From the NCBI RefSeq assembly GCF_001194135.2, contig NC_068992.1, positions 67,565,126 through 67,629,125 of the forward strand: 64,000 bases of DNA. Direction: 5' to 3'. The DNA is from Octopus bimaculoides. Lineage: Eukaryota. Shown here piece after piece: positions 54,755 to 64,000 of this stretch. The notes under the pieces are model-generated. The model was not told the origin of the DNA and made no database searches. It worked only from the letters and a program-made list of their open reading frames with translations. The position numbers and the translations under genes are program-made. Positions within the stretch are counted from its first letter, which is position 1, and every line of letters begins with the position of its first letter.

Positions 54755-55171
54755 CTGGTAGCACAGAAACAAAAATGGCTAAAACACACCCGCAAATATA
54801 TACTGCCTTTCGTTCACAATTATCAAGGGGATATTTCTGTGCACAACCTGGGTTTGCGCGGCACTCATTGATATGTGCGAGCTCTTGTTTCCATACTAAA
54901 TTCCGTCCAATAGAACAAACGTATTTCCATTCTTGAAAGAAAATTTCTGTGCCAATTCCCGTAGATTACAAAAGCAATAAGTTTCACATCAAAGATACAC
55001 ACCCTGTAGGCAATGAAGCAAATAACACGTTTCATGAATTGTTGAGTCCATTACAGATACAATGTGCTGATATAAACAACATGAAGAAATAATTTAACTC
55101 TTTAAATTTTTTGTTTTTAGATGTATCTTAGAAATCTCAGTATCTTATAAAAATAAGAAAATAATTGGTCA

Positions 55172-55360
55172 TTAAGTAGAAAAATTGAAATAGCAGGATA
55201 TCTTCTGTAGTTTGATGAAATGCTTCTGATGCGAATGTATAATGGACGGCAGTAATCTATTGGCAAGAAATACAAAAGCATCACCATAGTTGTTTGGTAT
55301 TTGTATGGGAGGGTTAAAAGTACGATACACCAAGGGAGAAACCGCAGCTGCTCTAAACAT
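55172..55360 (-). pseudogene. L1/Tx1-type RT N-terminal fragment
   Basis: YRTF...NNYGDAFVFLANRLLPSIIHSHQKHFIK resembles YRPISLLN.DYKI..KVLANRL..VLPSIIH.DQTGFIK. Confidence 0.55.
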
Positions 55361-55785
55361 TCGTCTTTTGTCAGCATTTTAACTTACTTGTAAATTTGGC
55401 CCAGGATTAATAATGTGCATTAAACTATATCCGAAATATGTTGTTTAAACACACACACATATGTGGTGGGTGTCTAGGTTTTTCATATATAAATATACAC
55501 ATACACACACGCACACGCACACGCACACGCACACGCACACACGCACGCACACGCACACACACACACACGCACACAAGCATGTATATAGATATGTATGTAT
55601 ATATATATATAATATACTATATATAAATGTATAATATATATGTACATACACGCATATATATATGTACTCTCACACACACACACACATATACACATATATA
55701 TATATATATGTATGTGTATATATATATATATATATTATATTACTATTTGATAGAACGCAAGGCGTCCATTTCCAAGTAAGTTTAC

Positions 55786-55847
<62 letters not shown>

Positions 55848-56163
55848 TATATATGTATCAGTGTACATAATGTGTGTGAGTATATATAATTACTATAGCG
55901 TAATTAGTCTGCTACATCTATTCTAACTGTTATACTACGCACATTGGTGTCCAAAGAGTAACGCGCAGAAATAATCCAATAAAAAACTAAAACGTGTTCT
56001 GGTAAGGTATATAAGTGATAAGCAGGTACGTTCATAATGCAGTCGACAGCCTTTGCTTCCCGGGTGATCCTATCAATGGTTACACGTCTGCGCCCTCTTT
56101 CTAATGTTATGGGCAACAATTCAATGTGATAGGTCTGGCTATGAAGAATTCCTTTATTTTCTC

Positions 56164-56217
<54 letters not shown>

Positions 56218-57522
56218 ATAAGTGTTGCTAGCCGCGTAAACAACAATGGTTTCCGTATGAGACATTTATTGGACTCCCATTTTTATAGAGGCAGTTAGAA
56301 TAGGGAAATATCGCATTTGACTCTCAAATAATAACGGAATATTTTTTGATATTCTCAGATGTATCACTAAGTTCTATGGCATAGAAAACCAATGCCAAAA
56401 GGTATATAAAATGTCCATTACCATGTTTCAAATTGAATATAATATAAAACAAGATATATTGAAGGAAAATATATTAATTTTTTTTTTTTATTACAGCAAG
56501 TATATTTACCGAATTTTAATTCTATATTTAATGTACTTGTATTAATAACTTTAGTTCTAATTCAAAGTACTATCCTTCAACTAGTGATTTAACACTCCTA
56601 ATGGGAACTAGACATACGCTGTGGAGAGACATATTGCAGTACCTATTCTGTTGAAAATCTCATTAAAGTGAAACTCATTGTTACTCTTTAAAAGCATTGT
56701 GTTAGCACTGAAGGTGCCTCTAATAAACACATCACGCTTGGGTATCTTAGTACGTCTCTCGCTCTCTCTCCCTCTCTCTCCCTCTCTCCCTCTCTCCCTC
56801 TCTCTCCCTCTCTCTCTCTCGCGCGCACGCACACACACACACACACACACACACATGTATACGCTTATGTGTGGTTTCGTTTTTATATATGTAACTTTTT
56901 CTGTATATTTTATCCTTTCCTGTATCTAAGCTTCTTAGAATTAACTATATCCATTAAACATTTTGAAAGAATAATGTTTCATATTTTATAACTATACACA
57001 TTTCTCCCTCTCTTCCCATCTCTCCCTCTCATCATCTCTCCCTCTCCCCACTCTCTTCTCTATATTTAGCACATTTATAATATTTATCCCTTTCGGTCTC
57101 TCTTTCAATCTGTCTATAAATATCATTGCCACACTTTTTTCATCTCTCGTATGCGTGTGCGCTTAAGTTTCTTTCAGCTTCTAAAGTATCGCCATTATGA
57201 AACCGTATCTTCTTCCGTCATTCTATGACTGTATAAATGTACCTTCCTCATTTTGCGAATATCCATACACGTTTTTTTACTTAGTTAATATTTCAGGAAT
57301 TTACCCAATGAGTATATGGTCTCTGTTCACCTCTACACCTCTCTCTCCCTCTCTTACTTCATACTTATTTCATTTTGCAATTCCAACGCCTGCAATAGCA
57401 TCAGGTAAAATTAGTTTAGTGGGAGACATAATCTTACACATATAGCCTGGAAATATTTATATTCTGGCATGGGCACAACAGTAAACGCGCGTGCGCGAAC
57501 ACCAACCCACACACATATCTAT

Positions 57523-57562
<40 letters not shown>

Positions 57563-59900
57563 NNNNNNNNNNNNNNNNNNNNNNNNNNNNNNNNNNNNNN
57601 NNNNNNNNNNNNNNNNNNNNNNNNNNNNNNNNNNNNNNNNNNNNNNNNNNNNNNNNNNNNNNTTATATATATATATGTATATATTTATATATGTATATAT
57701 ATATATATATATGCACATACATAATGGATGAAACCTAGTGATCTGACTTGCAAAGGTATAGGTTTCGCTCGTCAAAATGTAAGTAAATGTGATGGTGGGC
57801 CTACGACACCATGCAAGGAGTTGACGAAATATATTTCCACACAGACACACATATATACATGTGTGCACTTTAAAAACAAGGCAACTTTTGCACAGGGTAA
57901 CTCTATTATCGGAAGTCAGTTGCAAACGTACAACATAAGGACCTAACCTTCTGATACACAATCACCTAAACATTAATGCCACATTTTAGAAAATTAAATC
58001 CATAATTTCGTATTTGAGATTTATAATTTGCGAAGGAATCATAATCTGCTGAACGATAAAGTAAATTAATTTTGCTTTCCACAATAGTTATGGGGAAAGT
58101 AACTAATAAGGCTTATAAAATTTGTAATCTAAATATTCTACATGTTTACGCAAGTTTTGAGCGACGCCTATTGCCAAACTCCATTTTGAAATTCACTCAT
58201 CCTGTTCTAAGGATTGTTGGTTTTAATTAGTTTCTTAATTTCGAGACAAGCGGAAATACACAACAATTGATTTCTTTTCAAGTAACTGCTAACAAAAGCT
58301 ATGATAAATAGATCAATATTGCTTCGTGTTCGTTATTATTTTTTCCCCCAATCGTGAGTTACATTTGATTACACAGAGCAACACTGACAAAATCTTATTT
58401 CATGGATCTATTCTATGAACGCCTGTAACATTCATTGCTCATTATAAATCTATAGCAATCATTTAAGTTAGGAACTTATATGCGTCAGACCGTTTTTCGC
58501 ATATTAACTAGGATTTTTGCTTATAGTTATTGAGACCCAGTAATACGATCTATTTCTTGAAAGTCGGAATTCATTAAATAATTCATCTGATATGATACAG
58601 AATTATTTTTTAGAATACAATAATTAAATTAATTTAGTTTAGGGAATCAACGCTAATGAAATCCATTCTCGAAACATTTATATGAGTAAGGTGCGGAATA
58701 TCTAAGCGACAAACAGTATAAATGATTAATATTTAAAATGCGATAAATATTTCGTTCCTAGATATAAACGATTGAAAATATCCATTGTTCTCTTTTCCAT
58801 AGAAGTCTACATTTATCAAATTAAACTTCAAAAGTTTGACAGTAAATAATTAAGTTATTCTTTCTAAATCATGTCACAAACTTGTGTTTGTCTCTGGAAG
58901 TATGGTGGAAATATTTATTGAGCCTGGAGTATTGAATAATTATAAAAGAATAAAAAATAGTGTATTTGGATAAAAGTTATCTTGTCAATAATTAATAATA
59001 TAATGACAATTCATTTTCTCCAAATGATAGGTAGACACTTGAAATATTGAATAAAAATTTGTGAAACATTATATGTTAGCAGATACCGAAAGCGTTATAT
59101 ATCAGTAGCAATAAATCAAACATCATGAAAGTAATTTAATAACATCCAGTTTCTGTGAATACATACATACGTATACATATATACAAACACATGTATACAC
59201 ACACAATCATATATATATATATATATATATATACAAACACACACACATATATGCATGCATACAAATATGCAAGCATATGTATGTACATGCACGCACGAGT
59301 GCATGTGTGCGTGTGTGTGTGAATGCACAATACTATATGCTGTCCAAGGTATTCTCCCTTGACATATTCTCTATTTACATAATTGGTCACAATATCCCGA
59401 TCTCGAGGAGGTAGCTAATGCTGAAGCTTTCGCTTTCGAGGTCTACGAAATTATTGTCTTCTCCAATTCTTCAGCAAAGAAAGTATCTTCAGGTAATAGT
59501 TCAAAGATCTGGGCCAACTCTTTCGATTTACAAACAGAATGTGGATCCGAAAAGAATGAGCTTACCGAGAAAACGTCCTTCTCTCAATCGTACCGAAGAT
59601 TCTAGCAAAAAGCTTTGCAACTTATCAAAATCTCCTCTATCTAAACGCGAGACATTTCGTCTGTGTTGGAGACGAAACGTATAAATTCTTTTTTTCTAGC
59701 TTTTAGAATTTATATTTTATTTGAAACATTCCGTACATTTTTATGCATCTGTCTCCCTTTCTTTCTCCTCGTCTAATGTTTTAGCACAGCATAAAGAGGT
59801 CAATGTGATAACGCATGGACATTCAATATGCATTTAATTTTTATTCTCACATTGTCATTTTTTTCTAGCAATAATGTTATATACCCCAGTATCACACTTA

Positions 59901-59933
<33 letters not shown>

Positions 59934-60650
59934 GTTCTGTGACGTGAAGTTGAGATCTTCAGTTCAATCTAATTGTAATGTGTGATAGATTATTTTCAGC
60001 GAGCCTAACGGGGTTAACATTAATGATAACCTCCGCAAGCTTTAACCCAACAATTTACTTACGAGTTCTTAGTTTAGGCCCTCTTCACCTGGAAACCTCT
60101 AATTATAAGATTATATCACTCTCCACAGTGTAGCTGCAAGCCGTTATTTACATGGATCGGATACATCCAAGCGAATCAACTAAATCTATTCTCTTGATTA
60201 CATAACTATATTCATGGTTGACAGAGGTGTATTTAATCTGGAAACGTAGAGATGTGAAAACAAATGTTTAAAGGAAATAATTGAGTGGTGTGTACAACAG
60301 ATCACTCAAGATTTCTATAACGGGTTATATTGTAATGATATAGAAACAGAGAGTTAAAGAACAGAAGTTCAAACTTTAAACAATATATTATCTTATAGAT
60401 CGTATTAATGAATAGAGAAGAACTTCCGAAATAACAATAGGTGAATTCATACTCATTCCAAATAATGAATAAACATTTTGCATATCAGCATTTATACAAG
60501 AATAAAGTATCACTAAAAGCTGGACTTTTACGGTCACTTTCTCTATCAGATGCTTACCTCATAGAATGATAATAAACACAAGTAATTCTCTACAAATTTA
60601 GTATAATATACGAAGTCGACAAGCATTCGAAGATTATAATTAATTACACG

Positions 60651-60872
60651 TAAGGCGGCGAAATGGCAGAATCGTTACTATGCCAGGCAAAATGCATAGT
60701 GGCATTTTCCATGGTCTGTCTTTACTTTCTAGTTAAAATTATGTGTAGATCGGATTTTTGCCCTTCAGCCTTTCGCGGTTGATGAATTAAGTACCAGTTT
60801 TCAATAGGATCGATATGATCGACTTACTGCCTCCTCCAAAATTGCTGCACTTGGTCCAAAATTAGAAACCAA
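60651..60872 (+). mobile_element. Near full-length SINE family B
   Basis: taaggcggcgaaatggcagaatcgtta head, cagcctttcgcggttgatgaattaagtaccagtt body, caaaattagaaacc tail. Confidence 0.8.
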
Positions 60873-62083
60873 TTCTAGTCATAGATGTTAATTATTTTGG
60901 TCTGACTGTGTATTACATGTGATATTTTTCTAGGTTACAATTTTTAGTTGATGTATGTATACATCTGTTTACATATTTATGTATGTATATATATGTATGT
61001 ATGTATGCAAGTATGTATGTATAAAAATATGTACGTATGTATGAATGTACGTATGTATGTATGCATGTATGTATTAATACGCTCGCGTATTTCCTAAAAC
61101 ATTAATTATAAACGGCAGTAGGTAGTGACAGAAAGGCAATTATAAAACGAAGAGTATTATTTATCGAAACATTAATTTATAACACCAATAAAGGGTACTC
61201 GTCGCTGAGTATCTGTGTCACCTCAGGTGACCTGCTTCAGCAGTAATCACTGTTAAGCGTTAATATTCAGGGATTGACATGTTTATGCCATTTAAGTCGT
61301 CAAAATAGGAATAAAAAGAAAAAAAACGGCGGTTCATTATTCCTGTTAGCAATTACTTAACGTAGACTCAAATATATCACAACAGAGGCCAGAGCAACGA
61401 CAGTAAGACGCCATGCCTAATATAAATAAGCAAGCTTGTTTATCATTATAATTATGTTTATATGCGTTTAATAATTTCTATTGAAACCAAATATATTTGC
61501 ATTAATTGGCAAATTAGAAAACACATGTTACAACACAACACATTGCGGCTTTAATGAAGAAATTGCATATTCCATTAAAATTCAACAGCGTTTACATACA
61601 CACACACATACACACTTATCGTATACATAGAAATTACTTCCATTCGAATATTATATCTACACATACACACACATACATATAAATATGCTCGCGCGCGATG
61701 TGTGTGTGTGTAATATATGGGTTATTCTCGCAGGTGTAGCTAGAAGTATGAATTTACATGGATTCGCAGAATCAACTAAAGGATGACTAAGCAAGAAATT
61801 TATATAATTAGGTTAATTATACCACCCATAACGAATTAAATAATAATTTCCATGTACAACACTTGTTACAGAAATTACTGTTGATGGCAATTTATTAATT
61901 TTTGTAGATTATGCCGCAGAGAAATGGAAAAATATTGAAACTTGGTGAAAAGAAATGGAAGCGAATCGCTGATGTTGGCACTAATATCGCGAAACTTCAC
62001 CGAATTAAAGTCTGTAATTATTAAGTTAAAAAGAAAATTGCTATCGCAGAATAACTGCGTGCGCATTTGTATGTGCGTGTAAA

Positions 62084-62145
<62 letters not shown>

Positions 62146-62639
62146 GTTGTGTAAAATAGAGATGGATGATTTTATTTCGTATTAAGTAATTAGATAACCA
62201 TGCAGTTATTCATTCGTTTATATGTAAATGGATATTGAAGGTAAAGAGATCTCGAGAAAAGTGAAAGTAGATACGAAAAGTCATAGGCGTAGAATAGAAC
62301 GTATACTTTATAAAAGAGGTGGAACACGAGTTTTACATCCTATGCAGACGAAGACAAATATTGTGAAGGTGGTGTAAGCGGCCCTCACTTTTGATAATTA
62401 TCAGCTTTAGGTAATGGGAGAAAATATAAAAAGGATTAATTTGCTTATGGATAACGTGATCACACACGCACGTGCACACAAGCACATATTATACACACAC
62501 ACATACACAAATCCGACGTCAGCACAAATTCTATGTGCATATTGAGCATCCACTGATAGTGTAATGCATACACACGTGTGTGTGTGTGTGTGAGTGAGAT
62601 AGAGACTTGCTAATCTACTAAGTTACGTAGATATAAAGA

Positions 62640-62700
62640 CGCCAACACTGGCCGTCAAGCGGTAGTGGTGGGGAGAAACAGAGACACAAAACACACACAC
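62640..62700 (-). mobile_element. SINE family A internal fragment
   Basis: ccaacactggccgtcaagcggtagtggtggggagaaacagagacac matches 1168-1210 and 42290-42330. Confidence 0.5.
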
Positions 62701-63799
62701 ATACACATTCATTCATATTACCTTAATCGGGTGGGCAATTATAATTTGACAGACATCTGGAAACAATGGATGAATACAAAGTTTGATAGATTTTATCTTA
62801 CAATGCCATAAATGACAATTTGTTTCGCATGCTTGTTTAATTTGATTGCTCAGCGCTTAAAACTCACAAGAAAATTAGTTAACATAACAGGTTAAAATCA
62901 GAAGACAATAGAAATTCCAGCTTTAACGGGCAGTAACTAACAAGTAACTAACTCTATATTAGCAACGTCTAGAATTGACTGTTTTATTACGAACTGCTAC
63001 AACTATATACATAACATTTAAACATTACAGAAAACATAATGTTTCGTATGCATTGTCGAAAATTAATAAATTTATGTGAACAATATATCAATCTCTTCCA
63101 ACGTCACTAAAACAATTTATGATGTTCAGTAACATCCATTTTATGACAATTTTTCATAATTTACAACATATATCATCATCCTTTATGGCTTTGTGTTCAA
63201 GTTGCTCAACGCAAAATACCAGACTTTCAAACTGTGCCAACCGTGTCACACCAGCGTAAATTTTCTTTATAAGTTACCCAAAAGGACATGCACAGATGTA
63301 TTCGATACAAATATGCTTCAAGTACTCCAAGCTACATTCTGTCCTTACATCATTCCATGACAGCCAGGCACTAAGTAAACAAAACAAAGAAATATATTGG
63401 AATGGAAAATTTTACCTTTCATATCCGCCTATAACAGTGAGGCTTACAGCATCATCTTTTAAAACATAATGACACTAAAACACGGAAACGACGATGAAGC
63501 AAATCCTTTAGGCACATACCAACATACCAAACCCGAGACAAACCAAATCAATTAAAAGATTCTTAAAACCTATCCTCAGAGAATAAGGACAGGAGGAACG
63601 GTAAAAAAATATGCTGGGCAATATGAAGTTTGGTATATGTGTAAAATTGTGACAATAATTTCAGGGTCATTTTAAAATAGGGAACCCTTCACAATAAAAT
63701 GTAACTTTATCTATGCACCCTAAGACCTAAACTATGTAATTACGAGCTCCGAATGTGAGAGTTGTAGAAAGTGCAAAATAGAAATGCCCTTAATACTTA

Positions 63800-63945
63800 G
63801 ACGGCGAGAGAGGATTGCATTGCATTGTCTTAATGTTATGAGTTTAAATTCCGCTGATGTCAATAACATAAGGAACAGTTGAACACGGGAGTCGATTACA
63901 TGGACTTAACCGACTCCAGCGAAATTGTGCGTTTTGTGAAAAAAA
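63800..63945 (+). mobile_element. Degenerate SINE family B
   Basis: gacggcgag head, gagtttaaattccgctgatgtcaa, cagttgaacacgggagtcgat. Confidence 0.55.
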
Positions 63946-63954
63946 TGGGAAACC

Positions 63955-64000
<46 letters not shown>

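Noticed and set aside
54950-55015. CCCGTAGAT / ACCCTGTAG resembling miR-10/miR-100 5' ends
   Set aside because: The match stops after ~9 nt and there is no precursor hairpin.
59418-59684. 88-aa + strand ORF
   Set aside because: No recognisable motif; it is the antisense of the better-bounded minus-strand exon candidate.

Overview
AT-rich, microsatellite-saturated eukaryotic DNA with several N-gaps. The two dominant SINE families and the repeat landscape resemble an Octopus (coleoid cephalopod) assembly; this is an inference from recalled repeat sequences, not a database result. No intact host protein-coding gene is recognisable, so the window looks intergenic or deep-intronic. Most listed ORFs are (TA)n/(CA)n translation artefacts. 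Real content is decayed mobile DNA: an RTE-clade LINE RT (7.7-9.1 kb), two mariner and one Tc1 transposase remnants, a gag-like zinc-knuckle ORF1 with no ORF2 (22.6-23.7 kb), probable Gypsy RT/integrase, L1/Tx1, R4/Dong and CACTA-like scraps, many tRNA-derived SINEs and several hairpin/MITE elements. Most interesting: (1) a palindromic element at 10.95-11.37 kb with a tRNA-like Pol III cassette between inverted arms carrying Penelope-type minimal hammerhead ribozyme motifs; (2) a 451-bp foldback whose 9 arm mismatches are all transversions, 8 of them pyrimidine-pyrimidine on the + strand; (3) a gag-only retroelement ending in a 3' stem-loop; (4) a SINE dimer inserted as one unit with an 18-bp TSD.
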